Part shown: piece by piece, positions 1-8,680 of the stretch
Layout of the letters: the number at the start of each line of letters is the position of its first letter
Numbering within the stretch: the first letter of the stretch is position 1
NCBI GenBank assembly: GCA_045655965.1
Contig: JAZOQH010000015.1
Coordinates: forward strand, 212-64,211
From: Bacteroidales bacterium
Lineage (GTDB): Bacteria > Bacteroidota > Bacteroidia > Bacteroidales > F082
DNA length: 64,000 nucleotides
Direction: 5' to 3'
Notes under the pieces: generated by a model
What the model was told of the DNA's origin: nothing
Database searches by the model: none
Seen by the model: the letters and a program-made list of their open reading frames with translations, nothing else
Translations under genes and position numbers: made by a program

Positions 1-44
1 GCGCGACAGAACTGCGTTTTATTTTTCTGTCGCACCTTCGGCAC

Positions 45-252
45 TCTTTTTTAGAATTTAAGAATTTTAGAACCTCAGAAGAACTTTGAACTCTGAACTC
101 TAAACTCTAAACTCTAAACTCTGAACTCTGAACCTTTTTAGTAATGAAGTGATGTGAAAAACACCTCTAATTCCTCTAAACCCCAAATTCCTGAACTCCT
201 GAATTCTTAAAAAATCTTCTAAAATTCTAAAGTTCTAGAATTCTAAAGTTCT
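45..252. repeat. degenerate 7-8-nt tandem arrays
   Basis: ttagaatt/taagaatt…, (g/a)aactct x7, cctctaat/tcctctaa…, ttctaaag/ttctagaa. Seen directly. Confidence 0.9.
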
Positions 253-1935
253 TCATTTAATCCATTTCCCCGTTTCCACTTCTTTCATTCCTAATTCCTC
301 ATTCCTCATTCCTAATTTCCAGATGTAGGTTCCACTTTGCCAATTTGAAGCATCTATTGAAGTGACGTCGTCGGTTATTTCCTGTTCGTGGATTTTTCTT
401 CCGTTTATGTCATAGACAGATAAAACAGCATTTCTCAAACCTGTTCTGATATTCATCACATCTCCGCCTGGGTTTGGGTAAGCGACAGCAAGATGAAGAT
501 TATGAGCGTGAGCTTCTTCTATGTTATCAGGATTAAATGCTGATGCGGGGAATTTGGTAACAAAACCGGCTCCAATATCAGATTCCAATTCATCTGCATC
601 ATGAATAATGATAATTCCACCATCGTTGGTCGATTTCAATGTTATCACTCTATCAAGAGCATCATTATTTAAACCATAATACATAGTTGAAATAGTATCT
701 AAATTACTATCAAGACGTTCTATCACAATCCATGAATCTAAATTTGAATAATAACCTTGATGCAATGTATATGTATAGTATATTGAACCGTCATCTTTTA
801 AATCTACAGCATGTCTAAAACAGGACATATCCCACTCATCAGTTCCTCTTTCATTATAATTTACTACTTCAAGATAATCAGAAGTCTCATTTATGTCATC
901 ATTTATCTCATATAAACGACAGTCTTCATCATGATGTGGATTGTCTGGATTTCTCTTTTGAGTTGTAAGATATGTGGTATTGTGATCACTTCTTTTAATG
1001 GTTATATTGTATAACATATCATTGATTAAACAATTAGGTCCTTTCAAGTATCTTTCTCTGATAAAGTTGAAGTCCTTGTCAAAATATCTAGCAGTTCCTT
1101 GTACATAATAATCGTCGCTATTTCCGTTGCCGCTATCATAAAATATGTAATAAGAATCAGTTGCTACAAAATGATTTGTACGATAGTATAGCGGTTGTCC
1201 GCCTCTGTTGTTACTTTTGGATGGACCAACTGTTCCAATACATTTTTTATTTAGTATTTCGCCATTAAAATTCATTCTGAAAAAGAATAATGTATCGTCT
1301 CCTTGAAATGGACTTTTATAACTTTCACATTTCCAATAAGCACCTACAATATCACCTTCATCTTCAAAAGCAGAGAATAAGAAAATGTTTCCGCTAAATG
1401 AATTTGGCAGAAGTTGCCACTCATATTCATTTTGAGCCTCGTATGTATCTATAGGCCAACTATTGTCATATACTTCTTCTACATTCAACTGACTATCTAA
1501 CTTTAACAACGACAAATTTGCGTCTGAGGGAGGATTGTCGTAATTCTTAAAATGATTGTAGGAACCAGGAGTGTGTTCAGGACTATATGTCGTAAGTAAA
1601 TAAAATTTATTTTCTTTCTTAAAAACATATTGCGCTGAACCTGATATACAATATCCTGGACGGAAAAAGTTTTTCTGCGTAAGCAGATTGCCATCCTCAG
1701 AGAACAACATGATGCCTGGACTTTCTGAATAATAATATTCTTGTGAACTGCCTCTGCTTAGATATATGGCTGGCGCAAGTAAATCGCCATTAGACAATTC
1801 CATAAATCCTATTGGAGAATAATATTCCGTATTCTGTTCACCATACTCCGACATCCACTGCCATTCCCATTCTTGTGAAAAGACATTGTTTCCAAATAAG
1901 AAAACCAATGTAATAAAAGTAACGAATCTTCTCAT
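253..1935 (-). CDS. secreted protein of unknown function with T9SS C-terminal sorting domain
   Basis: 560-aa ORF with an N-terminal signal peptide (MRRFVTFITLVFLFGNNVFSQ). The C-terminus AYPNPGGDVMNI...VYDINGRKI...SGTYIWKL matches the T9SS CTD pattern seen on four other ORFs here. Confidence 0.75.
   Translation of the reverse strand: MRRFVTFITLVFLFGNNVFSQEWEWQWMSEYGEQNTEYYSPIGFMELSNGDLLAPAIYLSRGSSQEYYYSESPGIMLFSEDGNLLTQKNFFRPGYCISGSAQYVFKKENKFYLLTTYSPEHTPGSYNHFKNYDNPPSDANLSLLKLDSQLNVEEVYDNSWPIDTYEAQNEYEWQLLPNSFSGNIFLFSAFEDEGDIVGAYWKCESYKSPFQGDDTLFFFRMNFNGEILNKKCIGTVGPSKSNNRGGQPLYYRTNHFVATDSYYIFYDSGNGNSDDYYVQGTARYFDKDFNFIRERYLKGPNCLINDMLYNITIKRSDHNTTYLTTQKRNPDNPHHDEDCRLYEINDDINETSDYLEVVNYNERGTDEWDMSCFRHAVDLKDDGSIYYTYTLHQGYYSNLDSWIVIERLDSNLDTISTMYYGLNNDALDRVITLKSTNDGGIIIIHDADELESDIGAGFVTKFPASAFNPDNIEEAHAHNLHLAVAYPNPGGDVMNIRTGLRNAVLSVYDINGRKIHEQEITDDVTSIDASNWQSGTYIWKLGMRNEELGMKEVETGKWIK
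286..320. repeat. 7-nt array (attccta/attcctc) inside the 3' end of CDS 253..1935
   Basis: cattcctaattcctcattcctcattcctaatttcc, translated on the minus strand as GMRNEELGM inside the T9SS CTD. Confidence 0.85.
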
Positions 1936-2113
1936 AAAGTTAAATTTAAAACAGTTTCAAAAGTAGAGAAAATAAAACAGTAAAAAATGGCAATTTTGTG
2001 CTCATCCACTTTTTTATTTAGAATACATTGTAATAATCAACAACTTACAAAACACTCATCCATATATTTATTTTTCGCTTAGGGATAAAAATGTGGATTT
2101 TGATGGTGAAATA

Positions 2114-3460
2114 CTAAATTTTACTTCTTACAAAAGGCATCAAAACTTCTTTTATCTCTACAATTCCTGTCTTCTTGATGACAGAACTACGGCTTTTGCT
2201 TATAGTGTTTTCTCGGAAATTAAGTATAAATGCCATTTCCTTTATACGGAAAGAGAAGAACGACAGCAGACAAATCGCCTGTTCTGTTTCTGACAATTCC
2301 GGATATGCTTGTTTAAACTTTTCAAATGCGTCGGGATAAATTGAATTGAATTCTTTTAAAATACTTTGATAAGCATCTGCACTTCGATTACGATATATGG
2401 TGTACACATGTTGCTTCAATGCATTGTTTGTGACATCTTTTTGCTTATCAATCTTTATACTGTTTCGTTTTGTGTTTAAAATCAATGTCAATACAAACAA
2501 TAATATTACAACTGAAGTGATGACAATTAAAGATGTCAATCTTTTTTGTTTGCTTTTCTGTTGGAGTAATGCATTAAGTTTGGCTGCACGTTCTAATTTA
2601 TACTCATCATATTGCTTGGTCAACATAGTAACATTACTGACTCTATCCGATTCAGCTTCGACATAAGTACTATAATATTTCTGACAAAAAGCCACACTGT
2701 CGGCATTATTTTCTTTTTCATAAATCCTGGCAAGCAACGACATGATTGAACCTCTTGTAACTTGGTCAACATTATCCACCTCAAGGATTTTCAACAGATA
2801 AGGCTTTGACTCCATACAATATGGAGAATGATACATTGTTATTCCTAAACCAACAGAGTCGTTTTTGGTATCTATTCCACGTCTGTCTTTAAAGAATATC
2901 AACTCTTGATTAACATATATACATGAGTCGTATTGTTTTTGTTGATAATAGATGAGCGACCTTGTTTTTTGAGCGTCATAATATGTATGTAAATTATCAG
3001 AAGTAGTGTCTAAATAATGAGAAGCGAGTTGATTATAATATTTGGCAGAATCAATTTCATCAACAACGATATAAGCAGAAGCCAATCTTGTTAACAACAC
3101 CGACATCCATAATGAATCTTTTACCATCTGCTGATAATATAATGCCATCTTATCAGTGTCGATTTTTACAGATGAAGCCAACATTCTATCTAAAATATGA
3201 GACATCTGATAATAAGTCTTTGAGACAAGAAATTTTTCTTCCTTACTCATTTCTTCTGGCAGATTTTCCAACAATTTCGCTATCTCTATAAATTTTGTAA
3301 ACGCTTCAGATATGCTATCGTTCGACGACAAATTATAAGCCTCATCATAATACCTCATCGCAGTCTGATATGCTTCAGACTCCTCTTGATTTTTATTATC
3401 ACAAAAAGTGAATGTAATCGACAAAACAACAATAGATATTATGATAAAGAATCTTTTCAT
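2114..3460 (-). CDS. TPR-like lipoprotein/membrane regulator with C-terminal LuxR-type HTH
   Basis: 448-aa ORF with a lipoprotein-like signal (…TFTFCDNK), helical-repeat Y/L-rich N-terminal half and one TM helix (LIVITSVVILLFVLTLIL). The C-terminal LSETEQAICLLSFFSFRIKEMAFILNFRENTISKSRSSVIKK resembles a LuxR/GerE HTH. Confidence 0.6.
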   Translation of the reverse strand: MKRFFIIISIVVLSITFTFCDNKNQEESEAYQTAMRYYDEAYNLSSNDSISEAFTKFIEIAKLLENLPEEMSKEEKFLVSKTYYQMSHILDRMLASSVKIDTDKMALYYQQMVKDSLWMSVLLTRLASAYIVVDEIDSAKYYNQLASHYLDTTSDNLHTYYDAQKTRSLIYYQQKQYDSCIYVNQELIFFKDRRGIDTKNDSVGLGITMYHSPYCMESKPYLLKILEVDNVDQVTRGSIMSLLARIYEKENNADSVAFCQKYYSTYVEAESDRVSNVTMLTKQYDEYKLERAAKLNALLQQKSKQKRLTSLIVITSVVILLFVLTLILNTKRNSIKIDKQKDVTNNALKQHVYTIYRNRSADAYQSILKEFNSIYPDAFEKFKQAYPELSETEQAICLLSFFSFRIKEMAFILNFRENTISKSRSSVIKKTGIVEIKEVLMPFVRSKI

Positions 3461-3480
3461 AAACGAAGAATATTTGTTTA

Positions 3481-3488
3481 CAAAGATA
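3481..3488 (-). promoter_or_regulatory. -7 box TATCTTTG (minus strand) upstream of CDS 2114..3460
   Basis: The + strand reads caaagata, 20 nt before the ATG. Confidence 0.45.
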
Positions 3489-3496
3489 TAAAAAAA

Positions 3497-3566
3497 GACA
3501 ACAAGACTACAGGACTACAAGACAACAAGTTTTTTGATACAAGAAATTCAGAAACTCAGAAAATTT
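3497..3566. repeat. 8-nt arrays (gacaacaa/gactacag family, then aattcaga/aactcaga)
   Basis: gacaacaagactacaggactacaagacaacaag … aagaaattcagaaactcagaaaattt. Confidence 0.85.
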
Positions 3567-3568
3567 AA

Positions 3569-3620
3569 AGAGACGCTTCAATGCTTGTTTATTTTTAAGG
3601 AAACATTGAAACGTCTCTAC
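3569..3620 (-). repeat. palindromic element, GTAGAGACG…CGTCT family, copy 1
   Basis: The reverse complement gtagagacgtttcaatgtttccttaaaaataaacaagcattgaagcgtctct matches the copy at 49180-49230: the first 30 nt are identical and the rest is similar. It has a 14-bp stem. Confidence 0.85.
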
Positions 3621-3627
3621 TAAGGTT

Positions 3628-3702
3628 GTTGAGCTAAAGCTTTTGAACTAAGAACTTTCAATTTAGCTGAACGCTGATAGCTGACAGCTAATTTTCAATT
3701 TC
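3628..3702. repeat. 8-nt degenerate array abutting the YfcC stop codon
   Basis: gagctaaa gcttttga actaagaa ctttcaat ttagctga acgctgat agctgaca gctaattt tcaatttc. Confidence 0.8.
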
Positions 3703-3703
3703 C

Positions 3704-5326
3704 CTAAAATCCTTCAAGTGGCATCGTCACTGTTGGGATTAAGAGCAAGCCTCCTAATATTATCATCAACAATATGAATTTCCAAGCCCACTTGAACCAT
3801 TTCTGATATGGCACTCTTGCCACGCCAAGCGCTGCTATGAGAACTCCGGATGTCGGTGTTATCATATTGGTGAATCCGTCGCCGAACTGGAACGCCATCA
3901 CCGTTGCCTGACGGCAGACTCCAATCAAATCGCTGAACGGAGCCATGATAGGCATTGTAATCGCTGCCTTTGCCGAACCTGAAGGAATAACGACATTAAC
4001 AATAGTCTGTATCGCATACATGATTTCTACCGATGCAATCTTGCCTAAATCGGTCATTGATTTTGAAAGTCCATACAATATAGTATCAATAATGCCGCCT
4101 TCCTGAAGTATTATCACGATACCGCCAGCAAGACCCACAACAACTGCAGCCGACAAAATATCGCTCATGCCTTCAATGAAAAGTCGTGCTATGTCGCTGG
4201 CTGTCTTTCCTATCGCCAAACCGCTCGCAATACCCATAACGAGGAATAATGTAGCGATTTCCATCACGTACCATCCATATCCCATAACACCGACAATAAG
4301 ATATATTATCGTATAAAGTAAAATCAAAAGTATGAAGTTATGGACTGTCTTTCTCAACGACAATGGTCCTAATATCGCGAAGATTGCTGTCAAAATTGGA
4401 ATGAAAGGCGCTGTCATCGACGAGTTGCCTACACTCAATGTGGTTGTCGGATAATAGAAAGAGAAAATCGTCATTGCGACGAGAATCGCGGCATAAACAT
4501 ACCATGACTGTTTTGTCTTTATCGCTTCATGTTCTTGCTGTCCGTCCACGCTATGAGTGCGCCAGTATGCATCTTCTTCATACATTATCGATGACATAGG
4601 ATTTTTCTTGACCTTCTTTGCATACAATAACACGAATGCTATCGTAATTATATTTATCACAACCCAGCAGAAAACTCTGTAGCCGATTCCTGAGAAGAGT
4701 GGCACATCCGCGATTCCTTGAGCGATGCCAATGGTAAAAGGATTCAATATCGCTCCAGCAAAACCGACATGGGCTGCTACATAAACCATGCAGACCCCTA
4801 CAATAGAATCGTAGCCCATAGATATAGCCAATGGAATTACGATAATGATAAATGCTATACATTCCTCGCTCATTCCAAAGACAGCCCCGAACAAACTAAA
4901 GAGTAGCATTATCAATGTAATGATGATATTATCTACACCGAGTGTCTTAAATATCTTTATGTTTTCCAGTTTTCGTGTAAATCGCAGGAAAGAGAATATT
5001 CCCATATCGATGGCGTGGCTCTTATTCATTATCCAGAAAGCTCCGCCTATTATCAGTATGAAAACAATGATAGAACTTTGTTTTTCAAATCCTTTAAAAA
5101 GCGCCGAGAATATCTGCCATGTCTGTGGCTCGGAATGATATTCCTCTTGATATTGTTCTGGCAATTGGTCTTGATAATAGAAGTTTAATTCTGTTTCTTC
5201 GACGCCATTTTCTATAATATTTTCTTTAATGTAATATCCAGGTTCTACAAACCATGTCATCACAGCTGCTATTACTATGATAAAGAATACTATAACAAAT
5301 GTGTGTGGGACTTTTCTCTGCGCCAT
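3704..5326 (-). CDS. YfcC / DcuC-like (C4-dicarboxylate anaerobic carrier family) membrane transporter
   Basis: Polytopic membrane ORF. I prefer the ATG at 5326 (MAQRKVPHTFVIVFFIIVIAAVMTWFV, a typical YfcC N-terminus) over the longest ORF start at 5440. A TAnnTTTG box lies 18 nt upstream of that ATG. Confidence 0.75.
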   Translation of the reverse strand: MAQRKVPHTFVIVFFIIVIAAVMTWFVEPGYYIKENIIENGVEETELNFYYQDQLPEQYQEEYHSEPQTWQIFSALFKGFEKQSSIIVFILIIGGAFWIMNKSHAIDMGIFSFLRFTRKLENIKIFKTLGVDNIIITLIMLLFSLFGAVFGMSEECIAFIIIVIPLAISMGYDSIVGVCMVYVAAHVGFAGAILNPFTIGIAQGIADVPLFSGIGYRVFCWVVINIITIAFVLLYAKKVKKNPMSSIMYEEDAYWRTHSVDGQQEHEAIKTKQSWYVYAAILVAMTIFSFYYPTTTLSVGNSSMTAPFIPILTAIFAILGPLSLRKTVHNFILLILLYTIIYLIVGVMGYGWYVMEIATLFLVMGIASGLAIGKTASDIARLFIEGMSDILSAAVVVGLAGGIVIILQEGGIIDTILYGLSKSMTDLGKIASVEIMYAIQTIVNVVIPSGSAKAAITMPIMAPFSDLIGVCRQATVMAFQFGDGFTNMITPTSGVLIAALGVARVPYQKWFKWAWKFILLMIILGGLLLIPTVTMPLEGF

Positions 5327-5343
5327 ATATTTACATTTTTCTG

Positions 5344-5351
5344 CAAAAATA
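5344..5351 (-). promoter_or_regulatory. -7 box TATTTTTG (minus strand) upstream of the YfcC-like gene
   Basis: The + strand reads caaaaata, 17 nt before the ATG at 5326. Confidence 0.45.
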
Positions 5352-5424
5352 ATGGTTTTATAGAACATTTTTACAAAATCGTTGAAAAATATAGTAAATT
5401 CAAGCTTTCGTAACAATATTATTG

Positions 5425-5432
5425 TATTTTTG
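5425..5432 (+). promoter_or_regulatory. -7 box TATTTTTG upstream of CDS 5467..5982
   Basis: Exact TAnnTTTG, 34 nt before the ATG. Confidence 0.45.
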
Positions 5433-5466
5433 CAGCGCAATATAGTATTTTAAATTTTAGGCAAAG

Positions 5467-5982
5467 ATGAGTAAAAACGCACTTACCTCGACCGACATTA
5501 TGGATCTTATTTCTGATTACAAATCGGAGATAAGAAAACTTAATGCAAAGATTTCATTTTGTGAGAGTAGAATATTAGAGTTGGAAGAAGCTTTGAACAC
5601 AAACAGAGTTTACACCACCTCTGAGAACTACATCAACTTTCCAAACAAATCAGGGCGACAAAGAAGAAGAGAAATAAATCCTCGTAAGCCTTATCCTCTT
5701 TCAGACTGGGATAAAATTATATTGGATATTATTTCAGAAAGCGGCAAAGCTCAGTTGAGCAAAGACATTTATGAAAAAGCTTTTGCGAAGTCAAAGGAAG
5801 TAGGTATCTTCATCGATGAGATTAAAAGCAAGGCGAAGATAAACCAATGTCTCGTCAAGTTAACCAACAGACGTAATGACCTCAAAAAGGTAAAATATGG
5901 CGGCCGCGGATTTGCTTATTGTCTTCCAGAATGGATTAACGAAAATGGTATTCTAGGCAAAGAATACATCAAATTCGAATAA
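5467..5982 (+). CDS. hypothetical protein (N-terminal coiled coil, basic C-terminal half)
   Basis: 171-aa ORF with a TATTTTTG box 35 nt upstream and a strong bidirectional terminator directly downstream. I recognise no family motif. Confidence 0.55.
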   Translation: MSKNALTSTDIMDLISDYKSEIRKLNAKISFCESRILELEEALNTNRVYTTSENYINFPNKSGRQRRREINPRKPYPLSDWDKIILDIISESGKAQLSKDIYEKAFAKSKEVGIFIDEIKSKAKINQCLVKLTNRRNDLKKVKYGGRGFAYCLPEWINENGILGKEYIKFE

Positions 5983-6001
5983 TTTTAATCTTATTATCGA
6001 C

Positions 6002-6037
6002 AAAAAAAGAGATGGACGATGTCCATCTCTTTTTTTT
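6002..6037. terminator. bidirectional rho-independent terminator
   Basis: aaaaaaagagatggac gat gtccatctctttttttt: a 10-bp stem flanked by an A-run and a T-run, between convergent genes. Confidence 0.85.
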
Positions 6038-6052
6038 GCTTTGTGTCATTTC

Positions 6053-7636
6053 TTATAACATCAAGAAACTCATCAAGACGCCTGCTGCCACCGCTGAGCC
6101 GATAACGCCCGACACGTTAGGAGCCATAGCATGCATGAGGAGGTGATTTGATGGGTCGTATTTCTGACCTTCCACCTGAGAAACACGAGCGCTGTCTGGC
6201 ACAGCAGAAACGCCAGCATTACCGATGAGAGGATTGATTTTATCGCCTTCTTTCAAGAAGAGGTTCATGAACTTAGCGCCGAGAACACCAGCTGCTGTTG
6301 CTATCATGAACGACAAAGCTCCCAAACCGAATATCAACAATGACTCTTTTGTAAGGAATACGTCAGCTTGTGTTGAAGCACCTACTGTGAGACCTAACAA
6401 TATTGTAACAATGTCGATAAGAGCGTTGCTTGCTGTGTTGGCGAGACGTTTTGTCACACCGCTTTCCTTGAGAAGGTTACCGAAGAACAACATACCGAGC
6501 AATGGCAATGCCGAAGGGCTGATGAATGTTGTGAGAAGGAGACCAACGATAGGGAAACAAACCTTTTCAGTCTTGCTTACTTGACGAGGGGCCTTCATGT
6601 GGATAACACGTTCTTTTGGTGTTGTGAGCAAACGCATGATAGGAGGTTGGATAAGAGGCACGAGTGCCATATAAGAATAAGCAGCGATAGCGATAGGTCC
6701 GAGGAGATGTGGAGCCATCTTTGATGACAAGAAGATAGCTGTTGGACCGTCAGCACCACCGATGATACCGATAGCACCTGCTTCTTTAAGGTCGAAACCG
6801 AGATATAATGCGCCTATGAAAGTAAGGAACACGCCCAACTGAGCAGCAGCGCCCAATATCATGAGACGAGGCTGTGAAATGAGCGATGAGAAGTCTGTCA
6901 TAGCACCGATGCCTAAGAAGATAAGCGGAGGATAAATACCTTGACGTACGCCGAAGTAGAGGTAATTCAAGACAGAACCTTTTTGGTAGATACCTGTCTG
7001 GATATTCAAACTGAACGCTTCGTTGATAGTTGCCAAAGCAGATGTTTCATCCATACCTTGAGGAAGTACTATAGTACCATTAGCATACATTTCATTGAAG
7101 CGAGCAATAGCGTCGTTGAGTTCCAACTTGATATTTTCACCTCCGAAGAGACTGACCATCAATGCCTGCGCATTCTGGATGTCAGACTGTAACACATTCT
7201 GATTTGCTAGTTCTTGCAGATGAGACAAGACATCGTTGAGATTGAATGTGTAAGTCTGTAGGAAAGGGATATTACCCACTATGATACCCACTCCGATTGG
7301 AATGAGGAGCATAGGTTCGAAGTCATATTTAATAGCCAGAAATATAAAAAAGAACGCAACAAGAATCATAACCAAGTTACCTCTTGTTGCATTTTTAAAA
7401 CCGGTAAAAGCGAAGAAGTTGCTCAAACCAACACCTATCTCATCTACTACCGATGTTTCAGCAGATGTCTCTGCCATATTTATTTCATTCACGACATTTT
7501 CTGTCACAGTATCTGTGAAGACGCGCTCAGCCATTGTGGCATTTGAGGTCACAAAAGCATGAAGCACGAACATCACAGCTACTAATGTAAAAATGACGAG
7601 GGCTTTTCTTTTAATTGTATTTTCCCTAGGTTTCAT
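6053..7636 (-). CDS. mmdB: Na+-translocating decarboxylase beta subunit (OadB/MmdB/GcdB family)
   Basis: 527-aa polytopic ORF with hallmark segments FEPMLLIPIGVGIIVGNIP, PPLIFLGIGAMTDF, IIGGADGPTAIF and GNAGVSAVP. It is the last gene of an operon with a biotin carrier, a carboxyltransferase and an epimerase. Confidence 0.9.
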   Translation of the reverse strand: MKPRENTIKRKALVIFTLVAVMFVLHAFVTSNATMAERVFTDTVTENVVNEINMAETSAETSVVDEIGVGLSNFFAFTGFKNATRGNLVMILVAFFFIFLAIKYDFEPMLLIPIGVGIIVGNIPFLQTYTFNLNDVLSHLQELANQNVLQSDIQNAQALMVSLFGGENIKLELNDAIARFNEMYANGTIVLPQGMDETSALATINEAFSLNIQTGIYQKGSVLNYLYFGVRQGIYPPLIFLGIGAMTDFSSLISQPRLMILGAAAQLGVFLTFIGALYLGFDLKEAGAIGIIGGADGPTAIFLSSKMAPHLLGPIAIAAYSYMALVPLIQPPIMRLLTTPKERVIHMKAPRQVSKTEKVCFPIVGLLLTTFISPSALPLLGMLFFGNLLKESGVTKRLANTASNALIDIVTILLGLTVGASTQADVFLTKESLLIFGLGALSFMIATAAGVLGAKFMNLFLKEGDKINPLIGNAGVSAVPDSARVSQVEGQKYDPSNHLLMHAMAPNVSGVIGSAVAAGVLMSFLML

Positions 7637-7647
7637 GATTACAGAAA

Positions 7648-8076
7648 TTAACCTATAACAACTAAAACAGCACCTTGAAGAACGTTATCGCCTACTCTGA
7701 CTTTAATATCTTTGATTACACCATCAACTTCAGCCAAGAAGTTGTTTTCCATTTTCATTGCTTCGTACATTAAAATCTTGTCACCGCGTTTTACTTCATC
7801 GCCAACGTTGACGTAGATTTGCATGATAGTACCTGGAAGCGGAGCAACTGCTTTAACGCCATCAACGTTACCGCCTGCTGCTGGTGCTGCTGCAGGTGCT
7901 GCTGCTTTTGGAGCTGCAGGACGTGGAGCGATAACAGGTTTTGCTTCTTCTTTTTCACGCTCAACATCAACTTCGTATTGTGTACCATTGACGACAACTT
8001 GAGCTTTGTCGTTTTCGAAGCTTTGAACTTCTACTTCATATTGTTTTCCACTTATTGTGAACTTAAATTTTTTCAT
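7648..8076 (-). CDS. mmdC: biotin carboxyl carrier subunit of methylmalonyl-CoA decarboxylase
   Basis: 142-aa ORF with an Ala/Pro linker (APRPAAPKAAAPAAAPAAG) and the biotinylation motif YEAMKMEN in a biotinyl/lipoyl domain. Confidence 0.9.
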   Translation of the reverse strand: MKKFKFTISGKQYEVEVQSFENDKAQVVVNGTQYEVDVEREKEEAKPVIAPRPAAPKAAAPAAAPAAGGNVDGVKAVAPLPGTIMQIYVNVGDEVKRGDKILMYEAMKMENNFLAEVDGVIKDIKVRVGDNVLQGAVLVVIG

Positions 8077-8077
8077 A

Positions 8078-8260
8078 TTAATATCTGTTTAAATTATTCA
8101 TTCCAAAAACTTTAGAACTCCATGGAGAATAACGGCATTGTACTCTCTTGATAGTCAATTTGCCTGATTCTTCATCATGAACTTCCATTGACATTGACAA
8201 AGCCAAGCCTATTGCAGCGATGACATCATCTTTTAAAACTTTATCTTTAGAAGTCTTCAT
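8078..8260 (-). CDS. small OadG-like paralogue lacking the TM helix
   Basis: 60-aa ORF. AAIGLALSMSMEVHDEESGKLTIKRVQCRYSPWSSKVFGMNNL is clearly paralogous to the C-terminus of the adjacent 126-aa ORF. It is tightly packed in the operon. Confidence 0.5.
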   Translation of the reverse strand: MKTSKDKVLKDDVIAAIGLALSMSMEVHDEESGKLTIKRVQCRYSPWSSKVFGMNNLNRY

Positions 8261-8287
8261 CCTCTTAAATTTTACCTTTGTTAATAA

Positions 8288-8668
8288 TCATTTTACATTA
8301 TTCATCCCATAAATCCTGGCGTTCCATGGCGAGGTGTGACGTTCCACTCTCTTTATTGTAAGAATGTCTGACTCAACATCGTGAACGCTGTCCATCGACA
8401 ACGATAATGCCAAGCCGATAGCGACCATGACATCATCGTTATCTGGATTTATATTCTTCACCTCTTTAACTTCTACTTTATCTTTTTTCTTATCCTTTTT
8501 GAAGAATTTACTCCAATCAAGGTTGATAATTTTTGAAACGCCGGCAAATATTAGATACAATATCACCAAAGCGACGACAACTATCAAGAAACCGCTTATT
8601 GTCACGATCCAACCTTTCAACTGAAGACCATCTTGTACTGATAACAAGGATAAATATAAAGTATTCAT
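8288..8668 (-). CDS. OadG-family small membrane subunit (decarboxylase delta/gamma-like)
   Basis: 126-aa ORF with one N-terminal TM helix (GWIVTISGFLIVVVALVILYLIFAGV), a Lys-rich linker and the conserved tail VAIGLALSLSMDSVHDVESDILTIKRVERHTSPWNARIYGMNNV. The position between mmdA and mmdC fits. Confidence 0.7.
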   Translation of the reverse strand: MNTLYLSLLSVQDGLQLKGWIVTISGFLIVVVALVILYLIFAGVSKIINLDWSKFFKKDKKKDKVEVKEVKNINPDNDDVMVAIGLALSLSMDSVHDVESDILTIKRVERHTSPWNARIYGMNNVK

Positions 8669-8680
8669 CGATTTAATTTT

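Noticed and set aside
5327-5440. N-terminal extensions of the longest ORFs: YfcC to 5440, helicase to 24846, M6 protease to 14189, HK to 26419, and 33676, 49248, 59058 and 17550.
   Set aside because: The extensions start at TTG or run through promoter boxes or repeat arrays. Downstream ATGs give canonical N-termini or signal peptides.
6950-7260. Apparent insertion of about 95 aa in MmdB (…NLNDVLSHLQELANQ…GIYQKGSVLNYLYFG…).
   Set aside because: The long hydrophilic loop at this position also exists in classical OadB (Klebsiella type) as far as I recall. It has no repeat periodicity, so it is probably a normal family feature. The N-terminal extension of about 65 aa remains unexplained and may reflect start-codon choice.
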